DNA of 64,000 nucleotides from Blastocatellia bacterium (GTDB lineage: Bacteria > Acidobacteriota > Blastocatellia > UBA7656 > JADIYM01). Where the stretch lies: the NCBI GenBank assembly GCA_016705245.1, contig JADIYM010000004.1, positions 175,167 through 239,166 on the forward strand. The letters run 5' to 3'. Positions 11,020 to 20,079 of the stretch are shown here, in pieces. The stretch's first letter is position 1, and the number at the start of each line of letters is the position of its first letter. The position numbers and the translations under genes were made by a program. Below the pieces are notes generated by a model. The model did not search any database and had not been told where the DNA came from. It saw only the letters and a list, made by a program, of their open reading frames with translations.

Positions 11020-11690
11020 GGTGGGTGGCCGAGCATCAGTACCGCGAGCGGTAGCGAGCTGGCCGGCGGACGGTCGTACGAAGCATTGAGCGTTCTGCGT
11101 CTGGTGGGAGGGGAACCCGCTCGCTCTCGCTCGCGGTACTGATCCTTTGTCAGTCGACTGTGCCTCGCAGGACGCGTCCGTCACTCTCACCTCTCTGACC
11201 TCGTTCGCTTTCAGTCGTACGACCCGCTCGCTCTCGCTCGCGGTACTGATCCTTTGCCAGTGGACTGTGCCGTGCAGGACGCGTCCGTCATATCGCCATG
11301 CATCTTGTGGCGGGATCAGTACCGCGAGCGATAGCGAGCGGGTCGATTTGGAGGCGGGATACGCCGGTGGTCGAGTGCGCTCGTTACCTATCGCGCAGCG
11401 ATTTCGTTCAGCGGACGTGTGTCCGCTGGCCGGGCCCGCTCTCGCTCGCCGTACTGATCCTTTGCCAAAGGACTGTGCCTTGCAGGACGCGTCCGTCATA
11501 TCGCCATGCATCTCGTGACAGGATCAGTACCGCGAGCGATGGCGAGCGGGTCGCACTGGAGGCGGGATACGCCGGTGGTCGAGTGCGCTCGCTACCTACC
11601 GCGCAGCGCTTTCGGTCAGCGGACGTCTGTCAGCTGGCCGGGCTCGCTCTCGCTCGCGGTAGTGACACATGCGGTGTCGGTGCTCTCCAC
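11020..11690. repeat. repeat region: one palindromic MITE/REP-like copy followed by about 2.5 tandem copies of a 208-bp unit carrying the same inverted-repeat core
   Basis: atcagtaccgcgagcggtagcgagc / gctcgctctcgctcgcggtactgat arms. Near-identical units begin around 11222 and 11430. Predicted ORFs here give the same peptide in shifting frames, so they are spurious. Confidence 0.75.
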
Positions 11691-11732
11691 GATGGGCGAC
11701 CGCACCCCCAGGCCGAGTCCCTTCCCCCGCTT

Positions 11733-12449
11733 TCACATCGTTCGGTTCGACAGCTCTAAGAAAAGCTCGCGGAGGTCGACTCTTCGATTCCCTTCGGAAT
11801 CAGACGCACGCTGAATGCGGACGAGTCGCATCTCCGCCGGTCCGATCGTCCAGCAGTCCGACTCAGCGATCTCCTCGATCGGGTCGCCGTGGTCGTTCAG
11901 CGGACAGATGTCGCGATACTCGACGACAGTGCCATCGTCGGCCTCGTCCAACCAGCGCAATGGCATTCCCTGCGTTCGGCAGACATAGGGTCGCGCCTCG
12001 TAGATCCTGCACGCACCCTCCGAATCGAGAAATGCGCATGCCCCAGCGGGATGCGCTTCGGCGCCGACGAGCCGGTCTCCTGCATCGCGGCGTATCCGGT
12101 CCGCCTCCGCCCCGAAAACCGTCAGATGGTCCACGCAGCAGTCCGAGCAACCGCGCCGGCAGGTGATCCGGGCGCCCAGCCGGAGTGTTATCGCCTGGAC
12201 CTCACCGTCCACGCAGGCGTGGAGTGACTCGACACTGTCGATACCAACGGCGTCGGGCTCAGTTAACTGGCCGGGCGGGCTCTCTTCGCTCTGCACTCCA
12301 CCACGATACGCGCCCGTGTGCCGATGCGGCGAGCGTCCCTCCGGCCCGCCGGTCAAAGTCTCACAAGTCACGGTGAAAAGATCGCTGCATCGATCGTCGG
12401 ATCGTACGCGATTCCGGTGATGACCATTCCGAGGTCCTTGCCATTCCAC
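11733..12449 (-). CDS. YkgJ/UPF0153-family Fe-S/zinc cluster protein (CxxCxxCC)
   Basis: CRRGCSDCCVDH and CAFLDSEGACRIYEARPYVCR cysteine clusters. Start uncertain; the N-terminal approximately 80 aa are low-complexity and overlap the next gene. Confidence 0.55.
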   Translation of the reverse strand: MEWQGPRNGHHRNRVRSDDRCSDLFTVTCETLTGGPEGRSPHRHTGAYRGGVQSEESPPGQLTEPDAVGIDSVESLHACVDGEVQAITLRLGARITCRRGCSDCCVDHLTVFGAEADRIRRDAGDRLVGAEAHPAGACAFLDSEGACRIYEARPYVCRTQGMPLRWLDEADDGTVVEYRDICPLNDHGDPIEEIAESDCWTIGPAEMRLVRIQRASDSEGNRRVDLRELFLELSNRTM

Positions 12450-13162
12450 TTGCCGGTTACCCGGGTAGGACCGTAGGAACCATCGACCACCTTCCAGTCG
12501 AAGAACTCCATCTGTGCCGCACGCCCGGGACCCGACGAATCGGCCGAGAGCAGTTCGTATGACTCCACGTCGAAGTACATTTTCGCGACGACACCGGATT
12601 CCGGTCGATGTTCGACGATGAAGGCTTCCTGATCTCGGACCTTCATTCGACCGATGAACTTCAGGTTCGAACTCGACGCCATGGTTTTCTCGGTATAGTC
12701 GAGAATGCCCAGTCCGTTCTCCCTGCGTTCAAGAAGCGATTCCTGCTTCACGAGCATGCCGTTGACTTTCCCCCACTCCACCGACCCGTTCCATCCGGCT
12801 GAGAGCACCATCGACGGCGGCATTGCACGGTTTCGCACGCCAGGGCCGGTCGCCGCATCGGCCTTGCCCGAGAACTGGAGCGCGTAGTGGCCGGCTTCAT
12901 TCTGGGTCAAAGTGAAGTTGCCGAGGTAGGTATCCATTCGCATCGAGCCCTCGATGCGAATCCGTTCAGTCGCTGTGACCACAGACTGCTTCCGCATGTG
13001 GTCGAAGTGCCGCTGCAGGATTTCGTTCGCGTCGGGTTCGCTCCACAGTTCCTTCACGCCACCGGGTCCGCATCCGAGGCCAACCGAGACGGCCAGCATC
13101 CCAAGCATCAGGCCGATTCGCCAGCTCGATCTCCGTCCGCGGCCGCAGAACACATCGAGCAT
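12368..13162 (-). CDS. hypothetical lipoprotein (signal peptide plus lipobox LGC)
   Basis: Likely start MLDVF. Lipobox LGCGPGG, and the remainder is soluble and beta-rich. No catalytic motif. Confidence 0.5.
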   Translation of the reverse strand: MLDVFCGRGRRSSWRIGLMLGMLAVSVGLGCGPGGVKELWSEPDANEILQRHFDHMRKQSVVTATERIRIEGSMRMDTYLGNFTLTQNEAGHYALQFSGKADAATGPGVRNRAMPPSMVLSAGWNGSVEWGKVNGMLVKQESLLERRENGLGILDYTEKTMASSSNLKFIGRMKVRDQEAFIVEHRPESGVVAKMYFDVESYELLSADSSGPGRAAQMEFFDWKVVDGSYGPTRVTGKWNGKDLGMVITGIAYDPTIDAAIFSP

Positions 13163-13211
13163 GGGGCTCACCTCCAGCGAAATTACCCAGAGCGTGCCCC
13201 TCAACAACGCC

Positions 13212-13922
13212 CTACCAGTCCGTTGAGGCGAGAACATACGACCTGATCATTGCACTTGCAAGCGCGAGCTGTACCAGGACCGTGGCGAGCGGGAGCATCT
13301 TCGGTCCGCCCCCGAACATCAACGCGACCTTGTAGGCCAATGAGACCCCCAGGACGGCGATTGCGAGCCCCAGGGCCCGCTTCGATCCCTGGCGCACGAG
13401 CGCCCCGAGGCCGAGCAGGACCGCGCCGGCGGCAACTACGTCGAGCGACGTCGGTCCGTACCACAGAACGGCAATCTGCCCCGCCACGAGATTGATGACG
13501 CCGATCGCAAAGACCATCGGCGCCGCGTCTGCGATGTCCGGATGAACCTCGGATCCACCTCGCACGACGACTCCGTTTACCTGGATACGGAAGCTCGTTG
13601 TCGCCTCGACCCACCACGCATCGATATATGCGTTCCGGCCAAGTTCGAATCTGGCTCCTCCGACAAGGTCTTCGCATTCGGCGAATTCGCCGAGCAGCGT
13701 GCCATCGAGCTCGATGCGAAGGTCGCGGCGCGGCGACGACCATCGAAAGGCAATCTGCTTGGGCCCCCCGGACCGGAGTGGAAAACGCTGCTGCGGCACC
13801 GGACTCTCCTCCACCCCGTCAGCGTTCTCGTCCGCGAGCCTCGCGCAATCGGCTCCACGACCTGAAACCGGCCCACGCGTCAGAAGTGATCGCCCATCGT
13901 TCGTGATCGCACCATCGGCCAC
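13212..13922 (-). CDS. hypothetical membrane protein
   Basis: The C-terminal half has 3-4 hydrophobic helices. Start uncertain. Confidence 0.4.
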   Translation of the reverse strand: MADGAITNDGRSLLTRGPVSGRGADCARLADENADGVEESPVPQQRFPLRSGGPKQIAFRWSSPRRDLRIELDGTLLGEFAECEDLVGGARFELGRNAYIDAWWVEATTSFRIQVNGVVVRGGSEVHPDIADAAPMVFAIGVINLVAGQIAVLWYGPTSLDVVAAGAVLLGLGALVRQGSKRALGLAIAVLGVSLAYKVALMFGGGPKMLPLATVLVQLALASAMIRSYVLASTDW

Positions 13923-14451
13923 AGATCTTCAGATACCCCGGCGAGAAGCCCTCGAGCCGGAAACCGAGCGCCTTGGCGATAGCGATCGACGGCAAATTCC
14001 CCGGCTGAATGTTCGCCTCGATGCGATGCAGCGCAAGCCTGTGAAACGCGTGCTGAACGAGGAGGGCCACGCCCTCCGTCATCAGTCCGCGGCCGGCGAA
14101 AGGCTCGCTCCCGATGTAGCCGAGGTACGCGTTCCGAAAGTTGCCCAGTGCGATCTGACCGAGCGTCGTATAGCCCACAATCGCACCCGAGTTGCGTTCG
14201 GTAACGAGAACGGCGCAGCTCGACGGGTCGCGGTTGCGATCCACGAGTGCGACGAATTGCTGTTCGGTCGCCGGCGGTGACGCAAGCCCCCGGTAGAGGC
14301 TGCGGCTTGCGTGAACCATCCGAACGAACTCTCGTGAGTCTTCCGGCTCGGGCCATCGGATCGCCGCCCGACGTCCCTCGGCTATGATCAACAGTCGCGC
14401 CGGATCGTCAGGCGCCAAGTTCCTCCGCGAGGCGATGCGACCTGCGCACAT
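13819..14451 (-). CDS. GNAT-family N-acetyltransferase (RimJ/RimL-like)
   Basis: Acetyl-CoA binding region RGLMTEGVALLVQHAF and C-terminus NIQPGNLPSIAIAKALGFRLEG. Confidence 0.7.
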   Translation of the reverse strand: MCAGRIASRRNLAPDDPARLLIIAEGRRAAIRWPEPEDSREFVRMVHASRSLYRGLASPPATEQQFVALVDRNRDPSSCAVLVTERNSGAIVGYTTLGQIALGNFRNAYLGYIGSEPFAGRGLMTEGVALLVQHAFHRLALHRIEANIQPGNLPSIAIAKALGFRLEGFSPGYLKICGRWCDHERWAITSDAWAGFRSWSRLREARGRER

Positions 14452-14547
14452 CAGTTCGTCACCTCCCCATCCGGCTCGAAGTCAGAGCGCCTTGCCACCC
14501 GATGCGGCGGCGACAATCGTCGTGCCGGGCGGGCCCGTTCCCCTCCG

Positions 14548-14862
14548 TCACGGGGAAACGGGCCGCGGGAACCTGATCGACGGCTTCTCTGGATCCCGAC
14601 GGTAGAGCACCACCGTCCGACCAATGACCTGCACCAGGTGCCCTCCGGATACGCGCTCGGCCAGCACATCGCCCGCATTTCGCGCACTTTCGGGCGACGT
14701 GTCCAGGACCTTGATCTTGATCAGCTCACGCCCGTTGAGCGCCTCTTCTACCGAGCGGACGGCGTTGTCGGTCACACCCTCCTTGCCGATATGGATGATC
14801 GGCTTGAGCGGATGCGCCAGCGCACGCAGGTGCGCGCGTTGCTTCGTCGAGAGCGATTCCAC
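14548..14862 (-). CDS. yhbY: CRM/YhbY-family RNA-binding ribosome assembly protein
   Basis: LSTKQRAHLRALAHPLKPIIHIGKEGVTDNAV...LIKIKVL matches the YhbY fold signature. About 100 aa. Confidence 0.8.
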   Translation of the reverse strand: MESLSTKQRAHLRALAHPLKPIIHIGKEGVTDNAVRSVEEALNGRELIKIKVLDTSPESARNAGDVLAERVSGGHLVQVIGRTVVLYRRDPEKPSIRFPRPVSP

Positions 14863-14999
14863 GGTGACCTCCGATGTCCTTCGAACAGCGATGGCGCGGC
14901 CTGCGTCGGGAACGACCGCGCGAATATCGACAGCCTAGGACCGAGGGAACCACCTGCGCAATGCGATTGGTGCGTTCGACCGGAACCCATTCGCAACAG

Positions 15000-15362
15000 T
15001 CAGATAGTCACGCCGCTCGGCGCGGTGAGCCGGTCGTCGACTACATTGCCGGTGTTCCGTGTCTCGACCGCTTCAAGCAGCAGCACTTCCACCTCCTCGT
15101 CGGCCACGGGCCGATGCTCGACGCCGCGTGGAACAACCACGAGGTCGCCCGGACCGAGCGTCACGGTGCGATCGCGAAACTCGATGCGAAAAGAGCCTCG
15201 CCAGACGAGGAAGACCTCGTCGGTCTCGTCGTGTTGATGCCAGACGAACTCGCCGCAAAACTTGACGAGCTTGATGTCCTGGCCATTGAACGAAGCGGCC
15301 ACCCTGGGCCGCCAATGTTCCGTGATGCCGTCGAAACTCGGTGCGAGTGATACTGCTTCCAT
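15000..15362 (-). CDS. cupin-domain protein
   Basis: 120 aa. WHQHDETDEVFLVWRGSF...PRGVEHRP two-His cupin motifs. Confidence 0.7.
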   Translation of the reverse strand: MEAVSLAPSFDGITEHWRPRVAASFNGQDIKLVKFCGEFVWHQHDETDEVFLVWRGSFRIEFRDRTVTLGPGDLVVVPRGVEHRPVADEEVEVLLLEAVETRNTGNVVDDRLTAPSGVTI

Positions 15363-15375
15363 ACAGATCGAGCCG

Positions 15376-16017
15376 CTATGCCGAGTACATCAGCACTGCG
15401 AAGAAGTGGCACGTGGTTCCGGTCAGCACGCAGAGGTGCCACACGAAATGCGCGTATTTCACCCGGTCGAGAGCGTAGAAGGCCACTCCGGCCGTATAGG
15501 ACAGGCCGCCGGCGACGAGCAGCGCGATTCCCGCCGGCGCCACGAGGTCGATCAACGGCCGGATGGCGATGACGATCAGCCATCCCATCCCGAGGTACAG
15601 CACCATCGAGACGCGACTTGCATACCGCCATCCGGACGCCTCGCTCGCAATTCCGACTGCTGCCAGCGTCCAGATCATGCCGAACAGCGTCCATCCCCAC
15701 GGTCCGCGCAGCACGCCGAGCGTGAACGGTGTGTAGGTGCCCGCGATCAGAAGAAAAATCGCCGCGTGGTCGATGGTCTGGAACAGGTTCTTGAGCCGGC
15801 CGGGCCGGCAACCGTGGTAGATGGTCGAAGAGAAGTAGAGAAGGACTACGCTCGTCGCAAAAACGGCAGCGCTGAGGAGGGCCCACGCGTCGCGGTCGCT
15901 CGCCGCGATGACGAGAATCGGCGCACCGGCGAGCATTGCAACGAGACCGATGCCATGACTGAAGGCATTGGCAAGCTCTTCGCGAAAGGTCTGCTCACGG
16001 CGATTCCGTTTCGTCAT
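15376..16017 (-). CDS. hemolysin III / PAQR-family channel protein
   Basis: Start MTKRNRREQ. 7-TM. Motifs NAFSHGIG and FYALDRVKYAHFVWHLCVL. The ORF's upstream extension to 16467 was rejected. Confidence 0.8.
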   Translation of the reverse strand: MTKRNRREQTFREELANAFSHGIGLVAMLAGAPILVIAASDRDAWALLSAAVFATSVVLLYFSSTIYHGCRPGRLKNLFQTIDHAAIFLLIAGTYTPFTLGVLRGPWGWTLFGMIWTLAAVGIASEASGWRYASRVSMVLYLGMGWLIVIAIRPLIDLVAPAGIALLVAGGLSYTAGVAFYALDRVKYAHFVWHLCVLTGTTCHFFAVLMYSA

Positions 16018-16103
16018 CGGTCGTAGTCTACTCCTGTCCGTCGCTGCGCCGAAAGTGTCGAAGCCGGACCCGGGGGCCTCGTTCGCGGCCATTGCGGGTC
16101 CGG

Positions 16104-16676
16104 TCAGCCGTCCACGCGGACCTTCGCCCCCCATTCGCGTCGCAGCAAACCGAAGAAGGCCGAGTCCTGCACTTCGCCCCCGACGAGCCATCGCTCGCGC
16201 AGCGTGCCTTCGCGGACGAAACCGAGTCGTTCGAGGAGGCGTATCGACGAGTCGTTGCGCGGATCCGCGTCGGCTTCGACTCGATGCAGGTCGAGCGTCT
16301 GGAACGCGAAGTCGAGCAGTGCCGTCACGGCCTCCGCGGAGTAGCCGTGTCCCCACGACGACCTGCCCAGGGCAAATCCGAGCTCGGCACGACGATTCCG
16401 TTCGCTGACTTCGGCCAGCGTACAGGTGCCGATGATGCGGCCGGACTCGAGATGCTCGATGCCCCACTGAAAGAGGCTCTTTTCACTGAAGAAGCGATGG
16501 ATCTCGTCGACGAGCTCGCGCGCCTCGTCACGGTTCTCGAATGCCGGGCAGCTCCAGTACCGCATGACCTCGGGATCGCCGAAGACCGCGAAGAGATCGT
16601 CGACATCGGCGAGGGTGAGCCATCGAAGCCGGACGCGCGAAGCGAAAATGTCGGGGAGCTGCTTCCCATCAATCAT
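16104..16676 (-). CDS. GNAT-family N-acetyltransferase
   Basis: 190 aa. RIIGTCTL...ELGFALGRSSWGHGYSAEAV...ADADPRNDSSIRLLERLGF. Confidence 0.75.
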   Translation of the reverse strand: MIDGKQLPDIFASRVRLRWLTLADVDDLFAVFGDPEVMRYWSCPAFENRDEARELVDEIHRFFSEKSLFQWGIEHLESGRIIGTCTLAEVSERNRRAELGFALGRSSWGHGYSAEAVTALLDFAFQTLDLHRVEADADPRNDSSIRLLERLGFVREGTLRERWLVGGEVQDSAFFGLLRREWGAKVRVDG

Positions 16677-16744
16677 GGTGTCTTCTCATCCTCGGCCGCC
16701 ATCGACCGCGTCGCCATCATGCTGAAGTAACTCATCAACGACAA

Positions 16745-17190
16745 CCAATAGCATCAGAACCGCGAGCGGTAGCGAGCTGGCCGGCGGACAGTGTTCAGGA
16801 CCACCCGCATCGTGCACTACCATGCAGGCCTGGTCCCGTTCCTTGAGCCGCGAGCGGTAGCGAGCGTCCCACGGACGGTGCCTGAACTCGCAGACTCCTC
16901 CTTGCGGAAGGACGGAAGTAATCGGAACCGGTCGACTGTCCGTGGGACGCTCGCTACCGCTCGCGGCTCAAAAAATCGGGGAAAACCGCAATACCAGGCA
17001 AGCGGAGCGGGCGGGGGGGGGCAAGGACGGCATAATCGGAACCGGTCGACTGTCCGTGGGACGCTCGCTACCGCTCGCGCCTCAATAAACGGGAAAACGG
17101 GGATAACGGGGATCACCCGCATCGTGCACTACCAGGCAGGCCTGGTCCCGTCCCTTGAGCCGCGAGCGGTTACCTACGAGAAGCACCGAT
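16745..17190. mobile_element. cluster of MITE/REP-like repeat copies (composite: type-II segment cacccgcatcgtgcactaccaggcagg plus TIR-bounded type-I units)
   Basis: The TIR gagccgcgagcggtagcgagcgtcccacggacgg and its reverse complement occur three times here. The same units occur at 25500, 40010 and 11030. Confidence 0.75.
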
Positions 17191-17785
17191 AATGGCCGGT
17201 GATCTTCCACGCGAAGAGCACATCCTCGAGCGCCGCGCCCTGTCCGATGTTGTGGACGACGAGTCGGCGCGATGTCGACGCGTCGACCGCATCGGTAACA
17301 ATGCCGATGTGCGGGACGCCTCCTCCGAGGTCCCACGCAACCACGTCGCCGGCCGCGTACCCGGCCGGGTCGTCTCCGATCCCGACCGACGCCCGCTGGC
17401 GCTCGAAATACACCGCGAGGTTCGGGACACGTCGGTGATCGATGTTCGAATCCGGTCGCGAAAGTCCCCACCGCTTCGGATATGCCTTGAAATTCCTACG
17501 CATGTCCTCGTGAACGGCCTGCTGTAGATCCACGCCCGCCGAACGAAACGCGCGAATGACCACGTCCGTACAAACGCCCCGGTCGCTGGGAACGTCGCCT
17601 CCGGGATACCCGATTCGCACGTAGGCAGGATCGTAGATCGTGGTCACACCGATCTGGCTCATCGCCGCCTCGACCACGATGCGGACCGACTGAGATCCGA
17701 TCGGCTCGGTCCGACGCGCCGCATCCGCGGGCGAACACGCCAGCGTCAACACGGCCGCAAGCACTGTCGCGATTCCAGATCTCAC
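17174..17785 (-). CDS. secreted DUF1287-like protein
   Basis: Signal peptide MRSGIATVLAAVLTLACS. The VCTDVVIRAFRSAGVDL segment resembles DUF1287, from memory only. Confidence 0.45.
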   Translation of the reverse strand: MRSGIATVLAAVLTLACSPADAARRTEPIGSQSVRIVVEAAMSQIGVTTIYDPAYVRIGYPGGDVPSDRGVCTDVVIRAFRSAGVDLQQAVHEDMRRNFKAYPKRWGLSRPDSNIDHRRVPNLAVYFERQRASVGIGDDPAGYAAGDVVAWDLGGGVPHIGIVTDAVDASTSRRLVVHNIGQGAALEDVLFAWKITGHYRCFS

Positions 17786-17971
17786 GATTCACATTCTGGC
17801 TGCCAACGCCGGCGATCGACAAGCCCGCGACGCGCAACGGCTGCGAGGAACATAGCGATCGCGCCGACGCGGCAACACCAGGCCCCGTTAGTCCCAGGCG
17901 AATGACAGTCGCGGCGCGGGCAGCATGCTCCAGGTGCGGCGAGCCTGCCGAGACGGGTACACTCTGCCGCG

Positions 17972-18874
17972 ATGCGGCTCAGCTACACGCCCAGGTACTG
18001 GTGCGACATTGGCGAGGGTCATCGATTCCCGATGTCGAAATACGAACGGGTCCGGGACCGCCTCGTCGGTGAAGGGTCGGTGTTGCCCGACGACCTCGTC
18101 GAGCCCGAACCCGCCACCGATGACCTGCTGCGCCTCGTGCATACCGACGATTATCTCGAACGGCTATCCGCAGGACAGTTGTCGGATCGCGAAATCCGCC
18201 GGCTAGGATTTCCGTGGTCACGCGCCCTGGTTCAGCGCGCGCGCTGTGCTGTCGCCGGCACGCTCGCGGCTGCACGTTGCGCGCTCGAGACAGGCGCGTC
18301 CGCCAACCTGGCGGGCGGCACGCACCACGCGTTTCCCGATCACGGCGAGGCGTTCTGCACGCTCAACGACATGGCCGTGACCATTCGCGTGCTTCGGCGC
18401 GAGCGGCGCGTCCGGCGTGTCGCCATCGTCGACTGCGACGTGCATCAGGGCAACGCAAACGCCGAGATTTTCGACGGCGACGACGACACGCTGACGTTCT
18501 CGATGCACGGGGCGGGCAACTATCCGCTCTTCAAGAAAACGAGCGACATCGACATCGAGCTGCCAAAGGGCGCCGGCGACGGCGAGTTCATGGCAGCGCT
18601 CGATTCGGTCGTGCCCGGAATGCTCGACCGATTCAAACCGGACCTCGTGCTTTATCAGGCCGGCGTTGATCCGCACGAGGACGACCGACTCGGTACGCTT
18701 GCACTCACGATCGACGGCCTTGCCGCGCGAGATCGATTCGTGTTCGACGCGTGCCGCCACGTCGGAGTTCCGGTCGTCTCAACGATGGGTGGTGGCTACG
18801 GACGACGGCTGGAAACCACCATCGAGGCGCACTGCAACACGATCCGAGTCCTGAAGGACGTCTTCGAGGGATGA
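17972..18874 (+). CDS. histone deacetylase-family amidohydrolase (AcuC/HDAC-like)
   Basis: GGTHHAFPDHGEAFCTLND ... DCDVHQGNANAEIF ... are the conserved HDAC zinc/catalytic motifs. Confidence 0.8.
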   Translation: MRLSYTPRYWCDIGEGHRFPMSKYERVRDRLVGEGSVLPDDLVEPEPATDDLLRLVHTDDYLERLSAGQLSDREIRRLGFPWSRALVQRARCAVAGTLAAARCALETGASANLAGGTHHAFPDHGEAFCTLNDMAVTIRVLRRERRVRRVAIVDCDVHQGNANAEIFDGDDDTLTFSMHGAGNYPLFKKTSDIDIELPKGAGDGEFMAALDSVVPGMLDRFKPDLVLYQAGVDPHEDDRLGTLALTIDGLAARDRFVFDACRHVGVPVVSTMGGGYGRRLETTIEAHCNTIRVLKDVFEG

Positions 18875-19459
18875 ACCGAGCGGCGTGACGACTCCGGCTT
18901 CGAGTTCCGGAATGCGACGCGGTGGAACAATCGAGGACTGCGCCGGCGGCGTGACCCAGCCATACGTCGCGATACACCGCGACCGGATCGCGGGCCAGCC
19001 ATTTCCGACTGCCAGCCACTGTAGCGAACCGACCACGACGAAAAGCGATTGCCCGATCGCCATCCGGGTCGAATAGTCGAGCAAGTCGAGGATGGGCATG
19101 ACGAGCCCGCACAGAAAGTTCACAACCATCCACGAAGGCGCCGACACCACGGCGTACAAGCCGCCGATCAGGGCATTCGCGAGCTCCAGAGCGGGCCAGG
19201 GATGCTGGAGACAGTAACAATCGTCCAACCTGGCGAGCGACTCGCGGGCTGCCTGCGCCGCAAACTGCCTGCCCACAAGGAGCAGGTTCACGAACAGCAG
19301 CAGGTTGCCAAGCGGATTCCGAAACCAGGCAATGACCGCCTCGGCGCGCGATGCCGTGCGAAACTCGCCTTCGCAATCGACTGCTCGACGGGCCGGCGCT
19401 TCAACGCTATACAGGCCGAGGCCCGTCGCTGTCTGGTGCCTGCTGGTGTGCGTGTCCAT
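18779..19459 (-). CDS. hypothetical membrane protein (weak call)
   Basis: ORF with 3 hydrophobic segments, convergently overlapping the HDAC gene by about 95 bp. May be spurious. Confidence 0.3.
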   Translation of the reverse strand: MDTHTSRHQTATGLGLYSVEAPARRAVDCEGEFRTASRAEAVIAWFRNPLGNLLLFVNLLLVGRQFAAQAARESLARLDDCYCLQHPWPALELANALIGGLYAVVSAPSWMVVNFLCGLVMPILDLLDYSTRMAIGQSLFVVVGSLQWLAVGNGWPAIRSRCIATYGWVTPPAQSSIVPPRRIPELEAGVVTPLGSSLEDVLQDSDRVAVRLDGGFQPSSVATTHR

Positions 19460-19504
19460 ACCGCCTTGGACACACAACCGGGGCCGTGGTTCCCGCCGCG
19501 GCCG

Positions 19505-20043
19505 TCAGCCCGCCTGGCCCGGTCCCAGCCGCTCGACGAACGACTCCGCAGCCGGTGTGACCTTCCGCTTCCCTCCCGGCCCAGGCTCGGTGAGCAAGCC
19601 TTCCTCGGCCATACGCTCGACGAATCCGGATGCACGATCGAAATCCAGATGGAGCCGGCGCTGGATCGCCGGTATCGACACGCCGCCGAGCTCCACCGTG
19701 ATTCGTACCACCGAGACGTAGAGTTCATCGCCGGACCGCTCATCGCCATCGATCGGGGCAGCCTGCTCGAGCAGATTCGCAATCGCCGCATCCACGACTC
19801 GCCGCGGCGGATCGTCGACCTCCGGGCCATGCCCGGCGAGATCGGCTGGACCGGCTCCTCGAGTCCCTCCGCGCTCCAGCGCATTCGTCGCACGAGTCGA
19901 AACGCGACAAAGGCGGCGACCGCCAACAGAATGATGCCGATAACGACGAGCGTCAGTAACTTGACCTGGCGCTGGGTGATCGCGAGCCACGGAGTCAAGT
20001 CCGCGGCCGTGACGCGTAACAGCGCGTCGTCGAGTTTGCTCAT
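19505..20043 (-). CDS. membrane-anchored FtsK-gamma (winged-helix) domain protein, apparently frameshifted
   Basis: Frame 1 (from 20043) carries MSKLDDALL plus the TM helix LLTLVVIGIILLAVAAFVAF. Frame 2 (to 19505) carries DELYVSVVRITVELGGVSIPAIQRRLHLDFDRASGFVERMAEEGLL, which matches the FtsK gamma domain. A 1-nt shift lies near 19840-19880. Confidence 0.45.
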
Positions 20044-20079
20044 CGTACGTTCCACTCCGTCAACAACAGTCACCCGCCG

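Noticed and set aside
11020-11690. Possible CRISPR array
   Set aside because: The repeats are contiguous 208-bp units with no unique spacers, and no cas genes are present. Unit length and organisation do not fit a CRISPR.
10564-11814. Several overlapping ORFs of 100-315 aa on both strands (10564-11511 minus; 11147-11518, 11298-11759 and 11506-11814 plus)
   Set aside because: They lie entirely on the 208-bp tandem repeat and MITE-like copies. The same peptide appears in three frames and no motif is present, so they are artefacts of repetitive GC-rich DNA.
19288-20073. 261-aa ORF treated as a separate gene
   Set aside because: Only its first approximately 60 aa (TM anchor) look real. The rest is antisense-like nonsense, and the FtsK-gamma homology sits in the adjacent frame, so it is interpreted as a frameshifted single gene.
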